In this document: positions 28,111-38,405 of the stretch, one piece after another
How positions within the stretch are numbered: position 1 is the stretch's first letter
How the letters are laid out: each line of letters starts with the position of its first letter
NCBI GenBank assembly: GCA_965203415.1
Contig: CBDBCS010000006.1
Span: 1,502,531 to 1,566,530, forward strand
From: Alphaproteobacteria bacterium
GTDB lineage: Bacteria > Pseudomonadota > Alphaproteobacteria > CBDBCS01
DNA length: 64,000 bases
Direction: 5' to 3'
The notes under the pieces: generated by a model
Database searches by the model: none
Seen by the model: the letters and a program-made list of their open reading frames with translations, nothing else
Told to the model about the DNA's origin: nothing
Made by a program: the position numbers and the translations under genes

Positions 28111-29200
28111 CGGCGGTCCGGCTCTTGCGCCGGTCTTTTTGCTCGCCGACATTGGGGGCACGAATCTACGTCTCAGTCTTGCCGACCGTCGAGGGCTTGA
28201 CCCGGACTCGGTCTGTGCGCTGCGTGTGGCCGATTATCCGTCTTTAGAGGCGGCTCTTTTAGAGTATCTCCGGAGCCGTTCGGTTCGGGTTTGGCCGCGG
28301 CTGGCGGCTCTGGCGGTTGCGGCTCCGACCGAGGGCTGGGCTCAAAGCGGCACCGTTGCCATGACGAATCATCGATGGGTCCTCCGGCGGGACGCCCTCG
28401 AGCAGAGCCTCGGGTTTTCCGAGCTTTTGGTGGTCAATGATTTTTTTGCTCAGGCGCGGGCTTTGCCGGCTCTGCCTGTCGCCGCTTTTCGAGAAGTCCA
28501 AGCCGGGAACGCGCCAGCCATTCCCGTCACAAACGCGCCAGGACTCCTGGGGCTCCCGCGTGTGATCCTGGGGCCCGGGACAGGCTTGGGCTTGGCGACG
28601 CTGTTTCACGAACAGGCTACATGGCGCGTCTTTACAGGCGAGGGCGGGCATGCGACTCTTTCCGTGCGCGACCGTCGTGACCATGCGCTTGTGGCTTGGG
28701 CCTGGGCGCATCTGGGGGCTCGAAGAGCCGCCTGTTCGTCTTCGGATTCGCCGCCTCCGCACCTCTCGGTCGAGCGTTTTTTATCGGGCGAGGGCTTGAG
28801 ACTCTTGTGGCGTTTTCATGCGCAGTTTTCTGCTTCTGAAGACCCGGGAAAAGACCCCAGGAAAGACCCCGGGAAAACGCCCGCCGCTCGTGAGATCGCG
28901 TCCCGAGCCCAAGAGGGGGCGTGTTCTGTCTGTGTAGCGGCTCTGGATCATTTTTGCAGTCTTCTGGGGACGGCTGCTTCCAATGCGGCTCTGACGATCG
29001 GAGCCAGCGGCGGCGTCTATCTGGCTGGAGGCATCTTGCCCCAAATCGAGACTTTTTTTCTACGCAGCTCTTTCCTGGCGTCTTTCAATCAGAAAGGCCG
29101 CTTTGCGTATTGGCTCCAGAGGACGCCGGTTTATCTCGTTCTGGACGACCGAGCCTCGTTATCTGGGTGCTGGCAGATGGCTCTGGAGCAGTTCCAGTAA
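28103..29200 (+). CDS. glk: glucokinase
   Basis: LLADIGGTNLRLSL and GPGTGLG...GEGGH are glucokinase/ROK-like ATP-binding motifs. The gene overlaps the queG stop by 8 bp. Confidence 0.8.
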   Translation: MRSGGPALAPVFLLADIGGTNLRLSLADRRGLDPDSVCALRVADYPSLEAALLEYLRSRSVRVWPRLAALAVAAPTEGWAQSGTVAMTNHRWVLRRDALEQSLGFSELLVVNDFFAQARALPALPVAAFREVQAGNAPAIPVTNAPGLLGLPRVILGPGTGLGLATLFHEQATWRVFTGEGGHATLSVRDRRDHALVAWAWAHLGARRAACSSSDSPPPHLSVERFLSGEGLRLLWRFHAQFSASEDPGKDPRKDPGKTPAAREIASRAQEGACSVCVAALDHFCSLLGTAASNAALTIGASGGVYLAGGILPQIETFFLRSSFLASFNQKGRFAYWLQRTPVYLVLDDRASLSGCWQMALEQFQ

Positions 29201-30598
29201 CGCTTGGCCGGACGGGCGAAATTGGTTGTCTAGCCACATCGTCTGGGCTCGGGCCAGGGCTTGGCCTAGGTCTCGGCCCGGCCGATAGCCTTGCTCGATC
29301 AAATCCGCCCCGCGGAGCGGAAAAACCGGCGGCACAAACGCCCGGATGGCCCGCAGAAGCTCGCGATAGTTCGGATAGCTCAACGCGCCATGGAGATAAG
29401 CCCAACCGGCCCGACCTTGGCACAGGGCAGAGCCCTCCAGCCAGCAGAGCCCGCGCCAAATGCGCCGGAAGCCTCTGTCCGTCAGGTCCGGCTCGGAGGG
29501 CCAAGCCGGCGGTTTGTCGCATACGCTCGCGAGGAACCGGGCCTCGTCGCGGGAGCACCGAAGCTTTTCGGCCGTTTCTCCGGCATGCCCTTCGGGGGCC
29601 AGCAGACCGAAGCCCAAATTGGGATTGGGCGCGAGGCCCGCCGCTAAAGCATAACGCCACCGGGGCCAGCTCTGCGGCCGAAACTCCAGCCCCAAGTGCG
29701 AAAGAAGCCCGTGCGAGGCCATCAGACGGATGGCTCGGCCTGCCTGGGGCAGGGTCAGGAGTTTTCGCAATTCGTCCTGGACGCGCTCTCGAGAGAGCCG
29801 CTCCACCCTAGGCGCACACGCTTGAAGCGCGTGCCTATGGTGCCGGTCGGGCGGCTTTTTGGCGAACCGAACCCAGAACCGGTAATACCGCATCACCCTG
29901 AGATAGTCTTCCTGAAACCGCTGATAGGGGTCGCCGCACGTTCGCACGCGGCCCTCGTGCAGGTCCTGGAGGCCCGTCCCGAGCGGGTCTAGAACCTCGC
30001 CGTCTCGGTTGACATACAGAGCGTTCAGCGTCAAATCGCGTCGCGCGGCATCGGCCTCGATCGAGACCCCAAAGCGTACCCGCGCATGCCGCCCGTCGGG
30101 GTGCGAGTCGCTCCGAAAACTTGTGATCTCGGCTTGGAAGCCCTCTTTGACAAAAGTCACGGTCCCGTGGCGGAGGCCCGTGTCTAATAGCTTGACGCCG
30201 GGATAGGGACCGAGACGCTCTTTGACCGCCGCCGGGGCCAGAGGCGTCGCGAAATCATAATCGCGTTTCCAGGCAGAGGCCCCTGCCGATTTATCTGATG
30301 TATCCGAGAGAGACAAGGCCAAAAGAGCGTCGCGAACGCTGCCGCCGACCAGAAAGAGCTCGTGCCGGTCAAATCGAGAAAAAAGCCACAGCAATTGCGG
30401 CGGGCCGAGCCGGTCTAGTCTCAACCGACCCAAAGCGATGCCGCCAGAGAAGGCTCGAGCCCCAGATAAGCAAGGAGCCCAAGGAGACACACCATCCCTA
30501 AAAGTGCGAAACGCTCTATATGCCGGCGAACCGCGGGCTTGACAAGCCAGAACCAGACGAGACAAGCACTCAGGAGGACCAGAAAAGGCCAAAACCAC
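29159..30598 (-). CDS. cca: CCA-adding enzyme / poly(A) polymerase family nucleotidyltransferase
   Basis: It has LFLVGGSVRDALL, DYDFAT and RDLTLNALY. The start is uncertain. Its 3' end overlaps the glk 3' end by 42 bp. Confidence 0.75.
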   Translation of the reverse strand: MVLAFSGPPECLSRLVLACQARGSPAYRAFRTFRDGVSPWAPCLSGARAFSGGIALGRLRLDRLGPPQLLWLFSRFDRHELFLVGGSVRDALLALSLSDTSDKSAGASAWKRDYDFATPLAPAAVKERLGPYPGVKLLDTGLRHGTVTFVKEGFQAEITSFRSDSHPDGRHARVRFGVSIEADAARRDLTLNALYVNRDGEVLDPLGTGLQDLHEGRVRTCGDPYQRFQEDYLRVMRYYRFWVRFAKKPPDRHHRHALQACAPRVERLSRERVQDELRKLLTLPQAGRAIRLMASHGLLSHLGLEFRPQSWPRWRYALAAGLAPNPNLGFGLLAPEGHAGETAEKLRCSRDEARFLASVCDKPPAWPSEPDLTDRGFRRIWRGLCWLEGSALCQGRAGWAYLHGALSYPNYRELLRAIRAFVPPVFPLRGADLIEQGYRPGRDLGQALARAQTMWLDNQFRPSGQALLELLQSHLPAPR

Positions 30599-30649
30599 TT
30601 CAGAAAGAGCATGAAACGGAGGCGTATGAAAGAAGGCGGCTTCTCAAAC

Positions 30650-31459
30650 TCAAAGCTCGTCGAGCATGCCAAGGCAAAAGAGGGCCCCGCCGCTCGGGAT
30701 ATAGAATTTACCGTTTTTTTCGAACCCCGTCTCAATGAGTCGATAATAGACCGCACGCGTCAAGAGAGCCTCGAGGCGGCCCCGGACTCGGACCAGCGGG
30801 AGGCGTTCCACCGGAACCGGAGAAGCCGCCGGTGAAGACTCTGCCGGGGCCTCGGGCGGGGCCGCGCCAACTCGGGCGAGACGGAGGGGATGGGCTCGGT
30901 CTAAAGGAAAGGTTTCTCCCAGATTGGTGGTAAACAGGACCTCGCCGGCCTGGCCGGCGTTTCCGGTTCGGACGGCCATGTCCGAGACCGTGAAAGGGGC
31001 CAGTTCGACCTCGATGAGGCCGCACTCGGCCGGGGTGATAAGCCAATAACGCCCGACAAAATCCCGATGCAGAACGCGCGCAAAAAGCCGACACAGAGGC
31101 TGCCGGCCGATGGGACTTTTGCGATAATACCAGGTCCCGTCTCGGCCGATGGCGAGATCAAAACGACCGCATCGCTCCGGAATTCGAAAAGGGACCGACA
31201 CGCCAAGCGGATAGCCCCAAGCCTGGACTCGCGCCGACGTCGCGGACGCCTCAGAAACACCCGCGACTCCTGCGATCCCGGCGACCCCTGTGCTGCCTAG
31301 AAGAGGCCCTGCCGCTGTCGTCTCTGGAGTGCCTCCCGAACCATCCCGGGGCTCCTGGGTCGCATCCCGGGTCGGACGAACGGGCGGCCCATCGTCCGAG
31401 GACGAAAAACCCTTTAAGGGGGGGAAGGTGGGGGTCTCATCCAGAATCATCGGAGGCAT
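30650..31459 (-). CDS. DUF1285 domain-containing protein
   Basis: DGTWYYRKSPIGRQPLCRLFARVL...YWLITPAECGLIEV is typical of DUF1285. Confidence 0.7.
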   Translation of the reverse strand: MPPMILDETPTFPPLKGFSSSDDGPPVRPTRDATQEPRDGSGGTPETTAAGPLLGSTGVAGIAGVAGVSEASATSARVQAWGYPLGVSVPFRIPERCGRFDLAIGRDGTWYYRKSPIGRQPLCRLFARVLHRDFVGRYWLITPAECGLIEVELAPFTVSDMAVRTGNAGQAGEVLFTTNLGETFPLDRAHPLRLARVGAAPPEAPAESSPAASPVPVERLPLVRVRGRLEALLTRAVYYRLIETGFEKNGKFYIPSGGALFCLGMLDEL

Positions 31460-31920
31460 TCAGAACAGTCTTGAGCTGCAGTTTAAGGCGCAATGAGACC
31501 CAGTCCATCCCAGGTCCATCCCGGTATCCATTCCCATGTCCATCTCGGTCCAGGGCTGCGGCTCTTTTCAAACATAAGCTTCTTCCCTGCAATTGTATTG
31601 CATCACCCGGGGGGAGAACCGAGCCAGAGAACGGCGTCTGACGGCCGGGCTTGGCGGCCGGGGCCATCATGCCAGATTTTAGAATTTTCTTCAAAAAAAG
31701 CAATCTTGTTTTTCCTGTTTTTCCGTTCTAGACTCTCCGTCCGGCCAGCTGTGTGTCAGCTGTGTGCCCGGCGGTATGGCCGAGGCTCTCCGCCGAGCCC
31801 CGCCGCCGCACAAAGAGAAGCGAGAAAGGCGTTTTGGGTCTCGTCTGCCCTTATGTGTGCTTCGTCTGCATGCGGCGGCAGCGGGTCGGGTCGGGTTCAG
31901 GTTCGGTACAGTCTAGGCCC

Positions 31921-31973
31921 CTCGAGGCCACGCCTCTCGAGGCTACGCCTCTCGAGGCCACGCCTCTCGAGGC
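31921..31973. repeat. 15 bp x3.5 tandem repeat CTCGAGGCCACGCCT
   Basis: Copies start at 31921, 31936, 31951 and 31966 in the intergenic region upstream of the yqeY-like gene. Confidence 0.85.
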
Positions 31974-32061
31974 TTTTCGAGGGCCTCTTTCAAGCTTGTT
32001 TCAAATAGTTCAAAACAGTCCAGCATCCAGATTACGTGGTGAGGACGCTCTGTGAGGTGCG

Positions 32062-32553
32062 ATGATGCGTGAAAAAATCAAGGCCGCTCTGCCGGAGGCA
32101 CTTCGGTCCGGCGACAAAGTGGCGACGAAAACGCTGCGTTTAATTCTCGCGGCGATCAAAGACCGAGACATCGTCGCTCGAGCCGAAGGCGAAGACGAAT
32201 TCGACGAGGCCAGCTTAACCACCATGCTCCACGGCATGATTAAGCAGCGGCGCGAATCGATACGGCAATTTCGGAAGGGAAACCGCCCGGACCTGGTCGA
32301 AGCCGAAGAGGCCGAGATTGCCATTATTTCTCGTTTTTTGCCCGAGCCTCTTTCGCCCGACGAACTCCGTGCGGCCGTTCTCGCGGCGATAGACCAGACC
32401 CAGCCGTCGGGTCTCAAGGACATGGGGGGCGTGCTGGAGTGTCTCAAGGCCGCCCACCCCGGCCAGATAGACGTAGCCGCCGCCGCCAAAATGGTGAAGG
32501 CTCTCTTGCTGGAGGGAAACGGAACCGCGGCAGCAGGCGGCGAGGAGGCCTAG
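32062..32553 (+). CDS. GatB/YqeY domain-containing protein
   Basis: MMREKIKAALPEALRSGDKVATKTLRLILAAIKDRDI is the canonical YqeY N-terminus. Confidence 0.85.
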   Translation: MMREKIKAALPEALRSGDKVATKTLRLILAAIKDRDIVARAEGEDEFDEASLTTMLHGMIKQRRESIRQFRKGNRPDLVEAEEAEIAIISRFLPEPLSPDELRAAVLAAIDQTQPSGLKDMGGVLECLKAAHPGQIDVAAAAKMVKALLLEGNGTAAAGGEEA

Positions 32554-32656
32554 CCACAAAAGGAGCACTCACACCGATCCCCCCCACCGACACCCGGCCG
32601 CCCGACCTTTTCCCCGCCACCTTTGCCCGACGGAGCGGCCTTGTGTGCGCCCGTTT

Positions 32657-33838
32657 TTATGGTCTCGATTTGGGTTTTCCAGGCGGGGCCTCACTGGGCA
32701 TCTCTGGATTTCTCGAGACCTGGCCGTCGCCTTCCGTGATCAGCTGTCCCGATAAAACGAGCTGCGTGAGTCCCGCTCGCATCAACGGCGTTGGGCCGTC
32801 AAAAACGTCGGCGAGGGTCGCGATGCTGATAGGTTCCTCGGTCAACAGGCGAAGAATCTCGGCCCGAGCCCGGTCCAGGTCTGAAGAGGTGAAGGTGTTC
32901 ACGGTCGAAGGCGATGCAGGCGGCGCAGGATTATTATCCCGAGACTCCTGAAGCCCCGTCCCCGCCAGAGCCGGGGGCGGATAAGAGTCTTGGAGATGAT
33001 CCACAATATCCTGACCTTTCTCAACAAGCAAGGCTCCGTCGCGAATTAAATGATTGCAGCCGCTGGACCGGCCCAGAGCGGGAAAGCCGGGGACGGCGCC
33101 GACCTCCCGCCCGAAATCCAGCGCATGCCCCGCCGTCTGGAGCGAACCAGAATGAAGCGTCGCCTCGATGACGAGCGTGAAACAACTCAGACCCGCCAGC
33201 AGGCGGTTGCGGCGAGGAAAATGCCGGTTCGAGGGCTTGAAACCCAGCGGACTTTCACTCAAAACGACCCCCTCCACGCATAATTCTTCGTATAGCCCTT
33301 GGTTTTCGGACGGATAGACATAGTCTACGCCGCCGGCAAACACCGCGATGGACCCCGTCGATAGAGCCGCTTTATTGACAACCGTGTCAATGCCCCGAGC
33401 AAAACCAGAGGCAATGGCGTACGAGGCCTCGCCCAGGGTCCGGGCGATGGTGCCGGCAAGACTCTCGCCCGAATGCGACGAGGCCCGCGACCCAACAATG
33501 GCAATCGGGGCGCGTTCCAACAAATCGGCACGGCCAAGCACAGCTAGAACAGGCGGCGGCGACTCGAGGTGCCCCAAAAGCCACGGATAAGCCTTTTCGC
33601 CCAGAAAAAGAAACCGCCCTCGGCGCTTTTCCAGAGCCTCCATTTCCCGCTCGACCGACCCGCGCGAGGCCAAAACCAACTTCTTGCGATACCCCGATTG
33701 TGCCACTAAATCCGGTAGACCCCGGAGGGCCGCTTCACCCGTGTGGAAAATTTTCAGAATCTCGGTGAAGAAAACAGGCCCAATCCGAGGCGTGCGTATC
33801 AATTGCAGCCGGGCTATTTTTTCTTTTGTTGTAAACAT
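32657..33838 (-). CDS. dprA: DNA-processing protein DprA
   Basis: IAIVGSRASS...ASGFARGIDT...AVFAGGVDYVYP...NRHFPRRNRLLAGL are DprA Rossmann-domain motifs. Confidence 0.9.
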   Translation of the reverse strand: MFTTKEKIARLQLIRTPRIGPVFFTEILKIFHTGEAALRGLPDLVAQSGYRKKLVLASRGSVEREMEALEKRRGRFLFLGEKAYPWLLGHLESPPPVLAVLGRADLLERAPIAIVGSRASSHSGESLAGTIARTLGEASYAIASGFARGIDTVVNKAALSTGSIAVFAGGVDYVYPSENQGLYEELCVEGVVLSESPLGFKPSNRHFPRRNRLLAGLSCFTLVIEATLHSGSLQTAGHALDFGREVGAVPGFPALGRSSGCNHLIRDGALLVEKGQDIVDHLQDSYPPPALAGTGLQESRDNNPAPPASPSTVNTFTSSDLDRARAEILRLLTEEPISIATLADVFDGPTPLMRAGLTQLVLSGQLITEGDGQVSRNPEMPSEAPPGKPKSRP

Positions 33839-34014
33839 ATCTCAAAAATACAGCTCAAATATGGTTCAGAGAAAAAGGGTCTTCCGCGGGCCCTGGCTCT
33901 GGGGCCTTGGTTTCTTGCCGCCCTGCGTCCTGTTGTCTCCTTTTATAGCGTAGTATACCCTGTCTATCGCAAGTCTTTCTTGTGGCGTGGCTCGCCCGGA
34001 TGCTTACCGAGGGC

Positions 34015-35487
34015 TTACATGCGCCAGAATCTCCTCGAGAACAGAATTAGAAAGGCGACGATTTCCAGCCTCCCGACCAGCATGGCGCCCACAAAAATAG
34101 CTTGAGCCGGCGCGTTCAGCTCGCCATAAGTCCCCGAAGGCCCAAGCGTCGGCCCTAAAGCCGGGCCCACATTCGCCAGCGAAGCGGCCGCCGCCGACAC
34201 GGCATCAATAAAAGGGAGACCGCAAAAAGCAAGCGCCAACGTCACGACAACGAGCGAAACAATGAAAAGCGTGAAATAGCCCGTCACAGCTCGCACCACA
34301 TGAGGCGAAAGATTGCGGTCGTTAAAACGATGGACAAAAACCCGTTGCGGTTGAAGGCTCGCGAAAATCACAGAGGACAAATTCTGAAAGAGGACGAAAA
34401 TTCGAAACTGTTTGAACCCACAGGACGTAGACCCAGCACACCCGCCGCACAACATCAGAATGAGAAAAAGCGTCCAGATAGGACTGCCCCAGGCCGAATA
34501 ATCGACCGTGGTGTAGCCCGTTCCCGTGAGCGTCGTGGTGACACTGAACAGAATGTCGCGTAGAGTCTGCCAGGAAGACACCGTCTCGAATCGCGGAAAA
34601 ACCCAGAGAGCGGTGAGAACACAAGCCCCTCCCCAGAACACGAGAAAACACGTCAGTTGATCGTCGCGCAGACGCTTGCGCGGCGGCCGCCCGGGCTGAA
34701 AAAGACGCACATAATAGAGAAACGGGGCCGCCGAAAGCATCATGAAAACAATGGCGAGGGCCTCCACAGACGCACTTCCGAAATAGCCCAAAGAGGCATC
34801 GTGCGTCGAAAAGCCACCGGTCGAAACCGTCGTCATGGCGTGGCATAGCGCGTCAAAGAGACTCATGCCGGCTAGATAATAAGAAAGACCGCACAAAAAC
34901 GTCAGCCCGATATACAGATTGAGCAGCCAGAACGCCATCTTGGAGAGGCGCGGGGTCGTTTTCTCGAAATTATCGAAAAACTCCAGACGGAAGAGCTGCA
35001 TCCCGCCCAGAGCCAGCGTCGGCAAAACCGAGGTCGCAAGCACAATAATCCCCAGACCTCCCAGCCATTGGAGCTCGGCCCGCCAGAGCAGAAGACCGCC
35101 GGACATGCGGTCCAACCCTGTCAGAACCGTCGCACCTGTGGTCGTCAGGCCCGAGGTCGCTTCAAAAAGAGCCTCCAGGAAGGGCAACTCGGGCAGGCAG
35201 AGCAAAAAGGGAAGCGAGGCACATACCGATAAACCAGACCAGGCAAAACACATCGCCCAGATCGTGCTTCGACTCTCGAGAGGCTGAATTTGCTCGCTCC
35301 GGGTCGCCAGGAATAAGAGAACGCCCGCAAGCAAAATGATGAAAAAACTGGTCAAGAGACCTTCCCATTCGGCGCGTTGGTCGCTCACATCGATCAGGAC
35401 AGGCGGTAGCAGAAAACACGAGAGCGCAATCAGCAAAATGCCCATAAGACGCCCGAAAGCAGGCCAGGCTCGGGTCAGAGAAGCCAT
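34015..35487 (-). CDS. trkH: TrkH family potassium uptake protein
   Basis: This is a polytopic protein with repeated selectivity-filter-like segments TTTGAT, STGGFS, LTGTGYT and LANVGP. Confidence 0.9.
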   Translation of the reverse strand: MASLTRAWPAFGRLMGILLIALSCFLLPPVLIDVSDQRAEWEGLLTSFFIILLAGVLLFLATRSEQIQPLESRSTIWAMCFAWSGLSVCASLPFLLCLPELPFLEALFEATSGLTTTGATVLTGLDRMSGGLLLWRAELQWLGGLGIIVLATSVLPTLALGGMQLFRLEFFDNFEKTTPRLSKMAFWLLNLYIGLTFLCGLSYYLAGMSLFDALCHAMTTVSTGGFSTHDASLGYFGSASVEALAIVFMMLSAAPFLYYVRLFQPGRPPRKRLRDDQLTCFLVFWGGACVLTALWVFPRFETVSSWQTLRDILFSVTTTLTGTGYTTVDYSAWGSPIWTLFLILMLCGGCAGSTSCGFKQFRIFVLFQNLSSVIFASLQPQRVFVHRFNDRNLSPHVVRAVTGYFTLFIVSLVVVTLALAFCGLPFIDAVSAAAASLANVGPALGPTLGPSGTYGELNAPAQAIFVGAMLVGRLEIVAFLILFSRRFWRM

Positions 35488-35784
35488 CGAAGAAACCTAC
35501 AATGAAACGACAAGGAGACCTACAGGGCCGAAAAAACAGAGAAATGGTGTGCCCAAAAGGGGGTGCTTTTCGGCCAGACGTTCCTCCGGACGTTCATCCG
35601 GACACCTGTTGTTCCCCGTACGACGACGGCTTTCAGCCGGATTGCCTGCTGCCCGAGCTCTCTAGCCGGGCCGCCGAAGAGGCACCGGCGAGACACCGGC
35701 GAGATACATCCGGGGCGAAAGATGGCTTCGCCGCCCACGGCCACGGTGGGGCGGCGGCGGCGGGGCGCGTGCAGAGGACGGCGT

Positions 35785-36276
35785 CTAGCGGCTTTGATAC
35801 ACGCGGTGGCACGATTTGCACGAGCCGCCAATCACGCGCACCTGAGCCCGCATCGCCTCTAGGTCCTGCGACTGGGCGATTTTCTCCAACTGGGCCGCAT
35901 CCCGGCGGAACTGAGCCATGCGCATGGAGAAATCCTCATAACTCGTCCAGATTTTAGCTTCGGCCTTGGTTTCGCCGGTGGCCTCGGGGGTTGCCACGGC
36001 AAAAGAGCCCGCCGCCACAACCGAGAGCCGCGCTAAAATTTCCGCCAGATGCCGATACCCGTTCTCCTGAGGCGTGATTTCGTCCCGAAGGTACAAATCC
36101 AGACTCTTGAGGGTGTGCTCCAGGCTTGCCATCGTGTTTTTGCGGTGCTCGAGCTGGTCGTTGTCCCCCGCATAGGCTCGCATGGCACCGCCTGACACGC
36201 CACTTAAGGCAAACGCGGCAAGGCTTAAAAAGGCGACCAAGCTCTTTTGGATTTTCAGCTTCATTTTCAAAATCAC
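35785..36276 (-). CDS. class II cytochrome c (cytochrome c'/c556-like)
   Basis: It has a signal peptide ending AYA, a four-helix-bundle-sized body and a single heme site CKSCH close to the C-terminus. Confidence 0.7.
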   Translation of the reverse strand: MILKMKLKIQKSLVAFLSLAAFALSGVSGGAMRAYAGDNDQLEHRKNTMASLEHTLKSLDLYLRDEITPQENGYRHLAEILARLSVVAAGSFAVATPEATGETKAEAKIWTSYEDFSMRMAQFRRDAAQLEKIAQSQDLEAMRAQVRVIGGSCKSCHRVYQSR

Positions 36277-36356
36277 GCTCTAGTTTCTTTGTGTTGCAAC
36301 GGAAAGAACCGCCCTCGAGGCTAGCATAAAGCGGAGCTCAAGGTCAATTGCCGGAG

Positions 36357-38405
36357 TCAACCGGACCCAGACCCGGCTCCATAGCCCCGCGGCGTCCATC
36401 CCAGCGTCCGCCCCGCGAGTTCGGTATACTGACTTGTTCGACTCCCGACAAGGACCAGAGACATCATATCGACCTGTTCGATGGTCTCGGCCAAAAAAGC
36501 TCCCAGGCGGTAGGTCTGGACCCATTCTTGAGGCCGCCCGAGAGACCGAGCCCAAACAAGCGGCGTTTGAGGGCCCCGATAACGCCTGAAAAGCGCCAGT
36601 GTTTCCGGCAAGAGGATTCGACGATTGTCGCTCTGGGGGTTATACAGAGCACAGACGAAATCCGCCTGAGCCGCATGGCGCACTCGACTCCGAATCACGG
36701 CGGCCGGTGTCAATAAGTCCGACAGAGAAATCGCACAAAAATCGTGTCCCAGAAACCCACCCAGCCGAGCGGCAGCCAATTGCATCGCGGTGATACTTGG
36801 CACGACCTCCCACTGGATGCCTCGCCGCATCGGAGACCGGGCACCGGCCAGGCGTTCGGCAACAAGACTCGCCAGACCATAAATGTTCGGGTCTCCCGAG
36901 CACACAAGGGCTACTTTTTCGCCTTTCTCGGCCAAGTCCAGCGCGTAGTCAACGCGCTCGACCTCTGTGCCGAGAGGAAACGCATGGCATTGTGCATGAG
37001 GGGCCGGCGGGACTTGGTCTAGATAAAACTGATAGCCCACCCAATGGCGGCTTTCGGCGAGCGCGATGGTGGCTCGAGGACTTCGATAGGCCCCCGCCCC
37101 GGGGCCCAGACCGACAATAGCGAGATGACCCAGCGCTCGCCCCGGTATTCGAGACGGCACAAGCGGCTCTCGAGACGCCGCCACCGCCACGGTGCACATC
37201 GCGTTCTTTTGCTTCGGCATCAGAAGCTGGCTGCCTGCTCCAGCCATTAAAAGCGCGGCGGCTTCGGCGACCGAGGGCGTCCCAACCGCTTGACGAACCG
37301 CCTCGGACGGGTTGGGGACGCCGAGCGAAGCCAGCTCGTGCGGTTCGAAAAAACGCAGAGGACATCTCAGACGCTGTGCCAAAGCGTGCAAGCCCGCCTC
37401 GTCTGCCTTGAGCGTCAGACTGCCGAGAACCGCGACCGCCGCCGGGTCCAACCCCGCGCGCTCGAGGCACGCGAGAATAAACGCACAAACAGTTTCGACC
37501 TTGGCGCCTCGAGCCATGCCGACGCCCAGAGCAAGCCCAGGCGGGGTATAAACAAGCCGAGCCCGAGATGCTCCCCGGGATGCCACCCCGGATGCCCGGG
37601 AGGATTGTCTGGACGACGGTCTGTTTCGAGTCTCATGCCGGGTTTCCTCCTCCTGTCCCGGCGTTTTTTTCTGTTGAGGGCTGGGCTCTCGAAAAACCGT
37701 AATCAGGAGATCCGGGCCCTCGGTGGTTCGTTCCTCAGAACGTTCCCCGGGGCGTTCCTCTTTAGAAGCCAAACCCGCGTCTAAAAGTCCGAGCGAGGCT
37801 AAATCATAGGGCGTCTCGATCCAGAGTCTCTGCCCAAGAGCCAGCTTGGTCCGCATCGCGCGCCAGGCTTCTTGAGGCTCTGGCGTTCGACACGTCCAGC
37901 CGGGCGGCGGGGCCTCCAAAGAGGCTCCCGCTCCCGCAGCGGCGGGGTTGTCGAGAAGCTCGTCCTCTTTTGTGTCTTTTGCGTCTTGTCCCACGCACCG
38001 AGCCAGGAGTTGCTCCCCTCCGTGGTGCCGCCCGAGCAGAAGAATAGGCTGCGTCGAAGAAGCATGGCGGTCCACGACCAGGACGGGCGGCTCGAGATGC
38101 TTGTCGCGCAACACAGGCGCCAGACACCGGACGACCAGGCCACACGACCCATAGACCACAAGAGCCACTCGATTCAGAAACAGAGTCGTCAATAAATTCG
38201 GGACATTCTCAAATTCCAATTCCTGGTCGGTGAGCCGGACTCGGGGCTTCAGGCCGTACAAAAGAGCCTCGGGCAGACGCGTCTGGCGCAGCTTCCGAGC
38301 CGGCTCGACGCTGCTTTCCGACAGCACAACCAGAGCTAGCCCCGTCCCCAATTCCGTGCCCCCCGGGTCCGTACCCGGCTCCGGGTTTATGGTGTCTGTG
38401 GTCAC
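36357..38405 (-). CDS. fused CbiG (cobalt-precorrin-5A hydrolase-like) / precorrin-3B C17-methyltransferase (CobJ/CbiH)
   Basis: The N-terminal half has CbiG-like segments (ALVVYGSCGLVVRCLAPVL and LALGVGMARGA...LKADEAGL). The C-terminal half is a tetrapyrrole methylase (LAIVGLGPGAG...VALVCSGDPNIYGLAS). The GTG at 38405 overlaps the cobI stop as GTGA. The ORF track starts at 38480. Confidence 0.8.
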   Translation of the reverse strand: MTTDTINPEPGTDPGGTELGTGLALVVLSESSVEPARKLRQTRLPEALLYGLKPRVRLTDQELEFENVPNLLTTLFLNRVALVVYGSCGLVVRCLAPVLRDKHLEPPVLVVDRHASSTQPILLLGRHHGGEQLLARCVGQDAKDTKEDELLDNPAAAGAGASLEAPPPGWTCRTPEPQEAWRAMRTKLALGQRLWIETPYDLASLGLLDAGLASKEERPGERSEERTTEGPDLLITVFREPSPQQKKTPGQEEETRHETRNRPSSRQSSRASGVASRGASRARLVYTPPGLALGVGMARGAKVETVCAFILACLERAGLDPAAVAVLGSLTLKADEAGLHALAQRLRCPLRFFEPHELASLGVPNPSEAVRQAVGTPSVAEAAALLMAGAGSQLLMPKQKNAMCTVAVAASREPLVPSRIPGRALGHLAIVGLGPGAGAYRSPRATIALAESRHWVGYQFYLDQVPPAPHAQCHAFPLGTEVERVDYALDLAEKGEKVALVCSGDPNIYGLASLVAERLAGARSPMRRGIQWEVVPSITAMQLAAARLGGFLGHDFCAISLSDLLTPAAVIRSRVRHAAQADFVCALYNPQSDNRRILLPETLALFRRYRGPQTPLVWARSLGRPQEWVQTYRLGAFLAETIEQVDMMSLVLVGSRTSQYTELAGRTLGWTPRGYGAGSGSG

